Sequence record: MT995927.1 | Length of the DNA: 64,000 nt | Direction: 5' to 3' (one strand) | Shown: positions 48,040-57,548 of the stretch, piece by piece | Layout: each line of letters opens with the position of its first letter | Position numbering within the stretch: position 1 is the first letter of the stretch | Made by a program: the position numbers and the translations under genes | Notes under the pieces: generated by a model | Databases searched by the model: none | What the model was told of the DNA's origin: nothing | Seen by the model: only the letters and a program-made list of their open reading frames with translations

Positions 48040-48726
48040 ATGAGTAATCCGTTAGTTATCAAATCGGCAAGTGATTTAGTAGAGCCGAAAGGAACAGACT
48101 ATAAAGCACCTATTTTTAAGACTAGTTATGAATATTCAGCTATTCGTGAAAATAGTCGAAAGCAAATCGAAGAACAAATGAAGCGGTCCAAACAACCATT
48201 CGTTGTGCTTGAACGAGATGGTGATATTGGTTCGAATGTCGTATATTACACGTGCGGATGTAATAAAGAAGATCCTCTGTTTCCTGAACTAGTAATCACT
48301 GCCTGTATTACTAAGGAATCAGCCATCAACACTATCTATGCTATTTTTGAAAAATTAAAAGAAGTTAAGCAAATTACAGGCGGCGTAGAAATTGCAGATC
48401 TTCTAAGTGCATTCGAAGAAGATCAACGAATGGGTCGGCAACCGAAGTTTGGTATTCGTCCAATTGATGCGCATCAATTTGTTTATGGCTTTGGTGGTAA
48501 ACTACATGCGTATTACAATATGGATGACTATTATAACCAATTACCAATTTGGCAAATTCTCATTAGCGATATTGAAGGATTCCTACCTACCGACAGTGGT
48601 TACCTGCAAACAGTTTGCCCACAATTTCTTTTAGCGGATAAACCATTTGGACAGGCTGGTAATATCTATCCGACAGATATTTTCAAAACTATGACATGTC
48701 GTCCTTCTACTGCAATTATTCATTAA
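48040..48726 (+). CDS. DUF4262-like protein
   Basis: YYTCG...FPELVI and WQILISDIEGFLP..GY...PQ. Confidence 0.6.
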   Translation: MSNPLVIKSASDLVEPKGTDYKAPIFKTSYEYSAIRENSRKQIEEQMKRSKQPFVVLERDGDIGSNVVYYTCGCNKEDPLFPELVITACITKESAINTIYAIFEKLKEVKQITGGVEIADLLSAFEEDQRMGRQPKFGIRPIDAHQFVYGFGGKLHAYYNMDDYYNQLPIWQILISDIEGFLPTDSGYLQTVCPQFLLADKPFGQAGNIYPTDIFKTMTCRPSTAIIH

Positions 48727-48738
48727 GAGGTTAATATA

Positions 48739-48978
48739 ATGCGTGAGTTTCGTACTGGTCAATATTGTATTACTAAAATTGATATCCCTCACCCAAAACC
48801 CAATGCATTAACTGGTCCAACTTATTTAACAGCTGGGCAGCAGTGTCAGATCATCGTCTATGATCCATCGAAAACACCTTCTACTGGTATTCGTAAAGAA
48901 GGTGAAAACTTTGCAATGGTTTATGTAGATGAATCTGCATTAATTGCTGATCCATCAAAACCGGTTCCAACTCTATGA
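48739..48978 (+). CDS. SH3-like small protein
   Basis: TGQYCITKIDI...LTAGQQCQII. Confidence 0.65.
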   Translation: MREFRTGQYCITKIDIPHPKPNALTGPTYLTAGQQCQIIVYDPSKTPSTGIRKEGENFAMVYVDESALIADPSKPVPTL

Positions 48979-49334
48979 TATTTAAATTCTTTGATGTTAA
49001 TGGAGAATATGATCCACGTAACTTATGGTTACCCGCTGCACGTCAGCTATACATCTCTATTATTAATCCAGAGGGCCATGATGTACTCTGGTATGCTAGA
49101 AAGCCAGGCACCAATGTTGCCATTTGGACACCAAAGCGAGATGATTATGAGTTAGTTAATTGCTCAGAAATCATAAAAGCTAGACAGGTGCTATTAGCCA
49201 ATCATGAGGCAGGTTCAGTAGAAAAGGCATTACATGAATATGACTTACCTGTTAAAGGTAAATATAAATTAGCAAGTCGTACATGGGAATGTAGTGAACT
49301 ATTCACTCTCCAATTTATTGAATATAATTTTTAA
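48975..49334 (+). CDS. hypothetical protein
   Basis: 119 aa. Confidence 0.75.
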   Translation: MIFKFFDVNGEYDPRNLWLPAARQLYISIINPEGHDVLWYARKPGTNVAIWTPKRDDYELVNCSEIIKARQVLLANHEAGSVEKALHEYDLPVKGKYKLASRTWECSELFTLQFIEYNF

Positions 49335-49348
49335 ACAGGTAATTATAA

Positions 49349-49870
49349 ATGGCTCTTATTTGTGGATATGGTGAAAATGCCGTACTATTCGGCGGTGATG
49401 TTGATGTAGTCGATTATGCAATGTCTCAAAGAAAATATACCTTAGATAATAAATTCATTATCCGTGGTATCGCTGTTATGAGTGCTGATAAAGAAGCACG
49501 ACATAGTTTCTGCCGAGCTAATAGAGAGCTATTTCTTAGTCATCGCACAAAAGACTATAATGTAATCACACAACAATTCCAAGAATCGGTTAATAATTAT
49601 AAAGTGATGGTTTATATTGTATTCGATGATGAGTTAGCTGTCTTTGTACCGAATACACCAATCACTGTACTGAATTATAAAAATAACCCGGATGGAGTTA
49701 CTGTGATTAATAAAGGTTTCCGCTATAAACAGAGGGAGAGGCTTAAAGTTCTCATTAAAACATATCACAATGATCTACTGCTATTGGCTAAGAATATTGC
49801 AGATAATTCATTGAAAGATGTTAATCAACTAACTGTCTTTAAAGACGGAACTACCCAACGGTTTATTTAA
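49349..49870 (+). CDS. hypothetical protein
   Basis: 173 aa. Confidence 0.8.
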   Translation: MALICGYGENAVLFGGDVDVVDYAMSQRKYTLDNKFIIRGIAVMSADKEARHSFCRANRELFLSHRTKDYNVITQQFQESVNNYKVMVYIVFDDELAVFVPNTPITVLNYKNNPDGVTVINKGFRYKQRERLKVLIKTYHNDLLLLAKNIADNSLKDVNQLTVFKDGTTQRFI

Positions 49871-49881
49871 GGTATCTTTAC

Positions 49882-50181
49882 ATGACCACTAAACAACAGC
49901 GCATTACCTATCACTACCACTGTAAAGGTCTTAAACAGACATATCACCCAGTCATTGGTAAAGATGGGGAATTGAAACTGTCTGTACTTACACCTGATAA
50001 TATTTATAGTCAATATCCATTATACGAGGATGTAGAAGATGAAGCTATCGATAAATTATGCGATCAGGTAGAACTACTACTGAGAAAAGAACTTGTGGGT
50101 GTAATTGCTATTAAATATAATGTCGATTATCTAGCTACCCCTGGTGAGAAATTAAAAGAAGTATATAGACTCGTAATTTAA
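49882..50181 (+). CDS. hypothetical protein
   Basis: 99 aa. Confidence 0.75.
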   Translation: MTTKQQRITYHYHCKGLKQTYHPVIGKDGELKLSVLTPDNIYSQYPLYEDVEDEAIDKLCDQVELLLRKELVGVIAIKYNVDYLATPGEKLKEVYRLVI

Positions 50182-50194
50182 TAATGGTATAATT

Positions 50195-50214
50195 GCCCTC
50201 CTTCGGGAGGGCTT
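50195..50214 (+). terminator. intrinsic terminator
   Basis: GCCCTCC-TTCG-GGAGGGC-TT. Confidence 0.8.
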
Positions 50215-50239
50215 CTATTTCGTAAAAAGGAAAATACAA

Positions 50240-50680
50240 ATGAAAGCGTTCATCCCAAAATGGCGCCAAGACCCAAATAACGTTGACCATAAGTATGGTT
50301 ATGAACTGAATGCATACACCTCTGTTTCTGGTACTCGCGTCTTCATCGAACGTCGTGTTGAATACTACAATAAGAAAAAGAAACAATGGTGCGATGAAAC
50401 AATTCAAGTAATTCATCTTGGTAAACTGAATTGTTATATTTGGAAACACTATCCAGTTATCAGTTTCAGAGATGTTGGTGTAATCTACGGTCGGTTAGAA
50501 TTTGATGAACTAAAGAAAGTAAATAAACTTATTCAGAGTTCAAATTCCGTATCTATTGAACTGATGGAATCTATTTCAAAAGAATATCAGGTTTATATCA
50601 CAGCTGTAATTAATAACATCAAATATGTGTTCAGCCCTGAACGTACTTATGTATCTGATGAGGGTTACGTAGATGACTAA
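50240..50680 (+). CDS. hypothetical protein
   Basis: 146 aa, AAGGA SD. Confidence 0.8.
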   Translation: MKAFIPKWRQDPNNVDHKYGYELNAYTSVSGTRVFIERRVEYYNKKKKQWCDETIQVIHLGKLNCYIWKHYPVISFRDVGVIYGRLEFDELKKVNKLIQSSNSVSIELMESISKEYQVYITAVINNIKYVFSPERTYVSDEGYVDD

Positions 50681-51134
50681 AGCAACTACTAATATCGTAA
50701 TACAAGAGAAGCTTAAAGAACTCCGTCATAATAGTGATTGGATGTATTACATGACTTCCCAGTTCACTAACTGGATGTCAATGACTCCAGGTGCACTGAA
50801 TTATAAAAACAACATGACACCAGATGAGTATTACGAGCATCTGGTAACTTGGCGGGTGATGACTGAGGATCTAATCCGAGTTCGTAAATCAATTGGTATC
50901 AGTATGTCAGGTATGATTAGTGATACACTAACACATCTTGATGTAAATGAAGTAATGTGTGAGTTCAGTGTATCAGCTAAACTACGTGTTCATCGCAATC
51001 ATTGGAAAACCAATATGCTTTACTTGGGTCTTGACTGCGGTGATCATCTATGGCGTCCTAAAGAACGAGTATTCGTAGTTGGTCAAACGGAATGGTCTCG
51101 TTTCCGCGATGCTATTGTCAATGGTGTTTACTAA
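50673..51134 (+). CDS. hypothetical protein
   Basis: 153 aa. Confidence 0.8.
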   Translation: MTKATTNIVIQEKLKELRHNSDWMYYMTSQFTNWMSMTPGALNYKNNMTPDEYYEHLVTWRVMTEDLIRVRKSIGISMSGMISDTLTHLDVNEVMCEFSVSAKLRVHRNHWKTNMLYLGLDCGDHLWRPKERVFVVGQTEWSRFRDAIVNGVY

Positions 51135-51166
51135 GTGATTCCTTTATGTATTTAGGATAATTAAAA

Positions 51167-51679
51167 ATGGCAAAAACACTCCGTGTAGTACGTGTCCGTG
51201 ATGGGATCGTTGATAGTCTTAATAACGATGGTCTATGGGTTAACAAACATACCTTTTGTATGGAAGAGGTATGGGAAGCCCACAAACAAACAACCCAATT
51301 CCAGTCTTACAACTGGGGGACTATGTACTTCGTTAGTGAAAATGATGTAGCATGTAATCCATATCCTCATCATCAATACCGTGAAGTATGGATCTGTCAA
51401 CGAGGTGTGCAACAAAAACTAGAACTATGTGAGGATTTAGAATCCGGTATAGTTGGGGATGATCATGTTGTAGTTATTATGACTACCACGGATGGATTAG
51501 ATTATAGTTTTGTGAGTGGTGTGTATGGCGACCGTATTAACTACAGTCCTTACTATGGTGATGCCATTTCTATACCTTGTACCAATAATCAAGAAGCAGA
51601 CGATGTCTATCATATTCTAGCTAAAATGGCTAATGGCATAAGTCTATCTGTTCCTCTAGTAATGAAGCTGATTAAATAA
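51167..51679 (+). CDS. hypothetical protein
   Basis: 170 aa. Confidence 0.8.
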   Translation: MAKTLRVVRVRDGIVDSLNNDGLWVNKHTFCMEEVWEAHKQTTQFQSYNWGTMYFVSENDVACNPYPHHQYREVWICQRGVQQKLELCEDLESGIVGDDHVVVIMTTTDGLDYSFVSGVYGDRINYSPYYGDAISIPCTNNQEADDVYHILAKMANGISLSVPLVMKLIK

Positions 51680-51686
51680 AGGAGTA

Positions 51687-52052
51687 ATGATTATGGATTA
51701 TAAATGGCATGATAAGTTCATTATAGAAATTATTAGTAAAAGTTGTAAAAAAGATGGAATTGGTAAAAGTTACTTAGTGCGTAAAGATTGGAGAGATGTT
51801 AATCAGCGTGATTACGCCATTCTATCACGTATTGGTTTCCATGATGCTCTTTTGCTTGATGAACATGAAGTCGAATACTATTTGAACAATGTAGCATTTG
51901 ATATCGCAAAGGCCGTATGGGAGTCTGAAGGTAAACCAAAAGATACTGATATGCATATTCGGGCATTGCGCGTAGATATGGATAGCCTATCTAATAGATT
52001 CAAGATATATACTGATATAAAACTAGATATGGATAAGCACCGGAAATCGTAA
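51687..52052 (+). CDS. hypothetical protein
   Basis: 121 aa, AGGAG SD. Confidence 0.8.
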   Translation: MIMDYKWHDKFIIEIISKSCKKDGIGKSYLVRKDWRDVNQRDYAILSRIGFHDALLLDEHEVEYYLNNVAFDIAKAVWESEGKPKDTDMHIRALRVDMDSLSNRFKIYTDIKLDMDKHRKS

Positions 52053-52092
52053 AAGATATCCATCGTATACATTTATTAATAGGAACCTACAA

Positions 52093-52449
52093 ATGCAACT
52101 AGATAAAGACAAATTGAAAGAATTGGTAAATATCATTGAAGAGAATACACGCCTTAAAGGTAAAGTATTCCACCAGGAAACCTACTCCAGTATTCATGGT
52201 GAAATAGAGGTTCGCAGTTACGCTGGTAATTTCATTTTCTATAAAAATCATACTACTGAACAATATGCAATGTTCAATGTAGAGTTTGACACACATGGTA
52301 AGGTAGTTAGATTCATAGCACCTGCACTATTACGTGCGACTATTATTTGGGAATTGAACGAAGAACCAGAATACTACAAAATCAACATCGAGCAAATGCT
52401 GATCGAAGCAGTAACCAATCACTTCAATACTGCCACACTACTACCTTGA
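52093..52449 (+). CDS. hypothetical protein
   Basis: 118 aa. Confidence 0.8.
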   Translation: MQLDKDKLKELVNIIEENTRLKGKVFHQETYSSIHGEIEVRSYAGNFIFYKNHTTEQYAMFNVEFDTHGKVVRFIAPALLRATIIWELNEEPEYYKINIEQMLIEAVTNHFNTATLLP

Positions 52450-52483
52450 AGTTAATTGATAACCATAACTCTTATAAAGCATA

Positions 52484-53011
52484 GTGGATTTTATTATGAA
52501 TAAACCAGAATTACTTTACCATGGTTCTCTTTATAAACAAGATGAATTAATGCCAGGATTTAAAAGATCTGGTGAACTTGTTATGTGGGATGGTATTGAG
52601 TCTAACCAATACCTATATGCAACGTCATCTGAAAAAGATGCATCTTATTTAGGTATTGGTAGCGCTATCGAAAAGTTATTTGATAGTGATAGATATGCTA
52701 CTGTTGATAGGGATATTACAATCTATTGTCAAAATAATATCGATAAAAGTGATATTTTAAAAATGGTTGTGTATGTTTATACCATTCCATTTAGGGACTC
52801 TGACAAATGGATTAAGAATAATAATCCTCACAATAGCATTGATACTGAGTGGATTACGAAAAACACTATCCATGATGTTACTGTAAGGAAATTAGATATT
52901 GGTGAATTTTTAAAAGGTGCTCGCTTAACTGTCACTAAAGCACCAGTGGATGTTGATCCATTAAACATCATGTCACAATATCGTTCAGTAACAGAGCGTT
53001 ATCTGTTTTAA
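52484..53011 (+). CDS. ADP-ribosyltransferase-fold protein (Arr-like, H-Y-E)
   Basis: LYHGS..LMPG..SG...NQYLYAT...A...VYVYTIP...TEWIT. Confidence 0.6.
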   Translation: MDFIMNKPELLYHGSLYKQDELMPGFKRSGELVMWDGIESNQYLYATSSEKDASYLGIGSAIEKLFDSDRYATVDRDITIYCQNNIDKSDILKMVVYVYTIPFRDSDKWIKNNNPHNSIDTEWITKNTIHDVTVRKLDIGEFLKGARLTVTKAPVDVDPLNIMSQYRSVTERYLF

Positions 53012-53026
53012 TTAAATAGGTTAATT

Positions 53027-53491
53027 ATGTATCACATATCGACAGTATACCTTGGGGATTATGTTTTATTAAGGCCATATATTCCAAGTAATAGAGCTGA
53101 TGGCGAAGACAGTGTAACCAACCGTATATGTGTGGCCCCATCAGTTATTGAATGTATTGCAGCTAAAAGCGGGAGTTATGATATCGATCTTAATTTACTT
53201 GGTTCTAAATCAACTATTTACGCATACCGAAGTAATTCTACTGACTACATTATAGGAAATGTACCTGATCAAAAACAATATAGGGAACACTGGTATTTAA
53301 AACCAACTTTATTTGCGTATGTTGGCTCTCTGCAATTATTAGAGACTGGGGTGATTAAGGTAAGTAGTGAAGTCGATATGCATTCTAAATTAATGGTATC
53401 ACATCGGTTAAACTACTTCAATAATATTATTAGTAAAGAAGAACTAATACACCATTGGCATATAGAGGCTTTATCTATTTTAAATGGTTAG
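53027..53491 (+). CDS. second ART-fold-like protein
   Basis: MYHIS..LRPYIP..ED..TNRICVAPS..C...IYAY...VPD...REHWYLKP...VG. Confidence 0.5.
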   Translation: MYHISTVYLGDYVLLRPYIPSNRADGEDSVTNRICVAPSVIECIAAKSGSYDIDLNLLGSKSTIYAYRSNSTDYIIGNVPDQKQYREHWYLKPTLFAYVGSLQLLETGVIKVSSEVDMHSKLMVSHRLNYFNNIISKEELIHHWHIEALSILNG

Positions 53492-53511
53492 ATCATAATT
53501 TATTTAAGATC

Positions 53512-53519
53512 TATATTAC
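53512..53519 (+). promoter_or_regulatory. early promoter (family B-like)
   Basis: AATTTATTTAAGATC-TATATTAC. Confidence 0.8.
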
Positions 53520-53546
53520 AAGTGTACTATCAATAAACTAATAGGA

Positions 53547-53909
53547 GTGATACAAGTGGATTTTATAATTGAAATTATCGATAATCCCAATAGTGATACT
53601 GCGTTGTATGTTTATGATTATTGGGGTACCCTAACTACGGTTGTGGGTAATGCAAAAACCCTGGCAGAAGCATATAGTTTTAAATATTCATCCATTGACA
53701 GCATTGAAAAATTAAAAGCTGTCATTGGTAAAAATATCGAATGCATTTTTAAAGAAATGCATGATCAATCGAATAAGGTAATTCGTGTTAATATCGTAAA
53801 AGTAGATCTAGAGAATAAGATTATTAGTAAGCGCATCGAAATTGTAAAAAGCTATAGTGTTATCAATAGTGATGGTGAACTTATTCTAATCACAGATGTA
53901 GTACGGTAA
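53547..53909 (+). CDS. hypothetical early protein
   Basis: 120 aa, AGGAG SD, GTG start. Confidence 0.75.
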   Translation: MIQVDFIIEIIDNPNSDTALYVYDYWGTLTTVVGNAKTLAEAYSFKYSSIDSIEKLKAVIGKNIECIFKEMHDQSNKVIRVNIVKVDLENKIISKRIEIVKSYSVINSDGELILITDVVR

Positions 53910-53950
53910 TTGAATAAATAATTCATTAATTTAACATAGGTGATATAACC

Positions 53951-54823
53951 ATGGCACGTCGTTCTAATAAAATTCGTATTGGTTTTAACGTATCGCTTAA
54001 AGCGCTTGAACGAAATGGATCTGATGTAATTAAACTACATGATGACATCATATCTTGTTTTAGTGAACTATATCAAAATTACGTAAAAATTGATACAACT
54101 ACTGACAAAGATGACAAATCACTAAAACAAGGCATTATTGATGTCGTGGTGTATGTCGATCTAAATACAGCGAACCAAGCCATTCGTTTTAAAGGTATTA
54201 GTGATCTGGTAAACCATCTACAGTTTAATGTAATGGCGAATGATGTTATCGTCGATACAAGTGAATATATTCAGCCTAGCCATATGTCATATATCGAAGA
54301 TGGTCACCTGAATATGTTAGTGCGTCGAGAAGGTAAAGAGGTTATCAAAACCATTTTCACTGATGAATATGGTGTTGATCCACTAGTTAATAATGGATCA
54401 ATAGGAGATGGATGTAGTGTTTCCGGGATCTATCTAATCGGTGAAGAAAATCGGGTTAATAAACTGGCACGTATTGTTTCTAACAACATTCGCAACGGAG
54501 AGTTTAATTTCAAGACCGAAATAGGTATCCGTAAATTCTATTGGAGTGTACTCGGAAAACCAAGTGCGCAATTTAAGTATATCCACAGTGTGGTATTTAA
54601 GTACATCCACAATGAAATATGGAACCGTAATAGTTTCTATGTGGATACACTGATTAAGCTAACCAATGGCAAAGTTTATAGCTATGCTAAGAATGGTTTT
54701 GTTGGTGGACCTACTGAACTAGAATTCCATTATTATGGTGTAACTGATCGAGAAAATTGGGATAATGCGTCAGACAATTTCCTATATCAGGAATTCGAGC
54801 AAAGTTGGTCTGTAAAAATCTAA
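53951..54823 (+). CDS. hypothetical protein, probable paralogue of 54880
   Basis: 290 aa; CSV.GIYLIGEENRVN and KNGF. Confidence 0.8.
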   Translation: MARRSNKIRIGFNVSLKALERNGSDVIKLHDDIISCFSELYQNYVKIDTTTDKDDKSLKQGIIDVVVYVDLNTANQAIRFKGISDLVNHLQFNVMANDVIVDTSEYIQPSHMSYIEDGHLNMLVRREGKEVIKTIFTDEYGVDPLVNNGSIGDGCSVSGIYLIGEENRVNKLARIVSNNIRNGEFNFKTEIGIRKFYWSVLGKPSAQFKYIHSVVFKYIHNEIWNRNSFYVDTLIKLTNGKVYSYAKNGFVGGPTELEFHYYGVTDRENWDNASDNFLYQEFEQSWSVKI

Positions 54824-54828
54824 TACAT

Positions 54829-54857
54829 AAAGGGCTCTTCGGAGCCCTTTATTTTTT
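54829..54857 (+). terminator. intrinsic terminator
   Basis: AAAGGGCTC-TTCG-GAGCCCTTT then a T-run. Confidence 0.8.
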
Positions 54858-54879
54858 CTTTATTTGGCAGGAATATAAA

Positions 54880-55665
54880 ATGCATCGTCGAACTATGTAC
54901 AGATTTAGCTTATCATATTCCAATAAACTTATTAATAATAACCCACTTGGTTTTACAGTCGAGAGTTATCTTGAAAGCTGGTTTGACAAACTCAAGTGTC
55001 GATTAACTAAAGGTTATACCAAAAGCCATGCTATTCATTTTCGTGGAAGTTGGAAATACTTTGAATTAGATCAATATAAGAACAATGCTTTCTTCAATCA
55101 ATATCACATGGTGATGCAGTCACTAGAAGATCTAGAAAGAAAGATTAGTGGAGTGATTGGGTTAAGTATCAAAATCACTAAACCAGAACGACATTTATTT
55201 CATGTTCTATTTAACCATGAAAAGATTATTCTATCCCCTAATGGCATTATCTTTGATGTACGTGTTCCAAAACACACCGTGATAGCTAATCCTGATGTTA
55301 TGGGATATCGTAATTGCAATGTAGATAAACTGACGGTATTTGGCGAGCGCTCTAAAGTTAACTATGTGGTTAAACAAGTACGTTATGCCTTAAAGCAGAA
55401 AGGGGTGACAACTGTTGCCAATAGTTCAATGACTCGTTTTTTATATGACCTATTTCATCCAAAATACAGAGACAATCAAATTTATAACTACGGCATGACT
55501 ATGTCTGATGTTTATGTAATGGCCGTATTCAAAAATGGGTATACGGAAATCTATGGTAAAGATGTAGGTGAAATATTTGAAAGTCATACTCTAGATTTTC
55601 TAGAACGTGAATACATGATCTGTGGACAATATTTTCCTAAGCTATCCAGAGGGATGCTAGTATGA
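54880..55665 (+). CDS. hypothetical protein, probable paralogue of 53951
   Basis: CNVDKLTVFGERSKVN and KNGY; start moved to ATG 54880; ATGA overlap with the Bcs1-like gene. Confidence 0.75.
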   Translation: MHRRTMYRFSLSYSNKLINNNPLGFTVESYLESWFDKLKCRLTKGYTKSHAIHFRGSWKYFELDQYKNNAFFNQYHMVMQSLEDLERKISGVIGLSIKITKPERHLFHVLFNHEKIILSPNGIIFDVRVPKHTVIANPDVMGYRNCNVDKLTVFGERSKVNYVVKQVRYALKQKGVTTVANSSMTRFLYDLFHPKYRDNQIYNYGMTMSDVYVMAVFKNGYTEIYGKDVGEIFESHTLDFLEREYMICGQYFPKLSRGMLV

Positions 55666-57188
55666 TTATAGAAACCTTATTGCAATATTACGCCATGTTC
55701 ATCGATATCTCTCAGAAGAATATGGTTATGGGTGGAGCTATCGGAATGGCAATTGGTGGTTTATTCTGGACCACTCTAAGAGGCTTACCAAGTAAACTAG
55801 CTAGGTTCGCATTAAATCAGTTTACAGTTAGTCTACATATTACCAACATGGGTAATGGGCTGAACGAGAAGAACTTTGATTGTTTCATGGAATGGTATAT
55901 TAAGCAGCCATTAGCTGGATTTAATCGACGTTTTTCAACTAATGTTGATGAGCAAAGTTATAGTGCAACTAAACAGAAAATTGGTGTTGGTTTTGGCTTA
56001 CATTTCTTTCTGTTTAAAGGTAGGTTATTCTGGTTTGTAAAAGCACGCCGGGATAGTCAAAATGCCAGTCGAGATCAAATGGATATTACTATCCGTGGAT
56101 TATCTAGGAGTAGTAAACTAATTATTGATTTAGTAGATGCTTACCATTGGCGCCCAAATGAAAGGGGTCTGACTATTTCACATTGGGATGGTAACCGTTG
56201 GGGCAATGAGATTGAAGTTACTAAACGCGATATCAACACGGTGATTTTGCGTAAAGAGATCAAAGAAGAATTCCTTAATAAGATTGAAGAATTCTATTCT
56301 GATCGGAAATGGTACGATGATCGTGGACTACCCTATAAATTCACTTGTGTTCTAACAGGTCCTCCTGGTACTGGTAAAACCTCAATCAGTAAAGCGATTG
56401 CCTCACATTTTAATAAAAATGTTAGTGCACTGTCATTAGCCTCTATGACCAATGATAGTCTTAGGCGGGCATTTACTACACTACCTAAAGGTAATATTCT
56501 TCTAATTGAAGATTTCGATGATACCCCGGCAGTTAAAGATCGTGTTTTAAATGATCCTGTAAAACTAGATAAAGAGATAAAGGAATTAGAGAGGAAATAT
56601 TCTTTTATTGATTTAATTGAAAAATATCCGTCTGCATGGGTTGATCTTAAAGATGACTATGAAGGATACTCTGTAGTTGGGTTTAATGACACCATCTATA
56701 TCTTTGATGAAAATAGCGATGATCAAGGTTTTGGGATAAGTGCTTATGCTATGGCTGAACTGGGTGTTTCAAAATGGGCCGATGAAAAAGATCCATTATT
56801 TACCACAATTCGCCGATGGTGGAAATTAAAGAAGTGCATGAAGAATGGAATCACGTATGAACAACCAGCTAGCGGATTAACTTTGTCAGCTCTATTAAAT
56901 GGGCTAGATGGCATTGTTCCACTAGATGAGACTATGACCATTCTAACTACAAACCATCCTGAGAATATTGATAAAGCACTTCTAAGGAAAGGTCGCGTTG
57001 ATTACATGGTGGAGATTCCATATCTACGAGATCAAGAAGTTAGGGAGTATATTAAACTAATGTTCCCTGACTTCGATATTCCTGAAGATATCAGATTTAA
57101 AGATCAGCCAGGGTGTGATGTAATGGCGGCTTTTTCAAATAACCGTTATGACCCTAATGCTTTTATCAATAGTCTATTGAAATATTAA
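55662..57188 (+). CDS. Bcs1-like membrane-anchored AAA+ ATPase
   Basis: N-terminal TM (MGGAIGMAIGGLFW), BCS1_N-like FTVSLHIT..FMEW..GFGLHFFLFKG, KWYDDRGLPYK, GPPGTGKT, LLIEDFD, TLSALLNGLDG, TTNHPENIDKALLRKGRVD. Confidence 0.85.
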   Translation: MIIETLLQYYAMFIDISQKNMVMGGAIGMAIGGLFWTTLRGLPSKLARFALNQFTVSLHITNMGNGLNEKNFDCFMEWYIKQPLAGFNRRFSTNVDEQSYSATKQKIGVGFGLHFFLFKGRLFWFVKARRDSQNASRDQMDITIRGLSRSSKLIIDLVDAYHWRPNERGLTISHWDGNRWGNEIEVTKRDINTVILRKEIKEEFLNKIEEFYSDRKWYDDRGLPYKFTCVLTGPPGTGKTSISKAIASHFNKNVSALSLASMTNDSLRRAFTTLPKGNILLIEDFDDTPAVKDRVLNDPVKLDKEIKELERKYSFIDLIEKYPSAWVDLKDDYEGYSVVGFNDTIYIFDENSDDQGFGISAYAMAELGVSKWADEKDPLFTTIRRWWKLKKCMKNGITYEQPASGLTLSALLNGLDGIVPLDETMTILTTNHPENIDKALLRKGRVDYMVEIPYLRDQEVREYIKLMFPDFDIPEDIRFKDQPGCDVMAAFSNNRYDPNAFINSLLKY

Positions 57189-57211
57189 TATACTAAAAAG
57201 GAATCTGTAAA

Positions 57212-57400
57212 ATGAGTCTACTCAACATTCTAAATACCGTTGCGGCTGCTAATGGTAGGGAAGTAGATGATTTTAATATCACCTATTTAAACGATACGGA
57301 TGTGTCATCTAGTTATACCTCATTTCGATATCGGTATGTTGATGAGGATCGTATTGCACATATTTTCATTGTTTCTGAAAAAATCGAACAGGTTCGCTAA
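57212..57400 (+). CDS. small hypothetical protein
   Basis: 62 aa, AAGGA SD. Confidence 0.7.
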   Translation: MSLLNILNTVAAANGREVDDFNITYLNDTDVSSSYTSFRYRYVDEDRIAHIFIVSEKIEQVR

Positions 57401-57548
57401 TTTGTATTGTTGGCAAAACTAACTGGTTACAATGTAACTGTAAATACATGTATTTAATTTTGAAAACATACTGGAGTTATTGATGTATTGAGTTGAAACT
57501 CAATAATAACTCCTACTTTAATTTAAAAAATACAAAAGGAATATTTCC

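Noticed and set aside
1591-56941. Many 60-130 aa shadow ORFs in the track (e.g. 1591, 2510, 3182, 6578, 11382, 22077, 26363, 37950, 50135, 56744)
   Set aside because: They lie antisense to, or out of frame within, longer genes that have SDs and motifs; no independent signals
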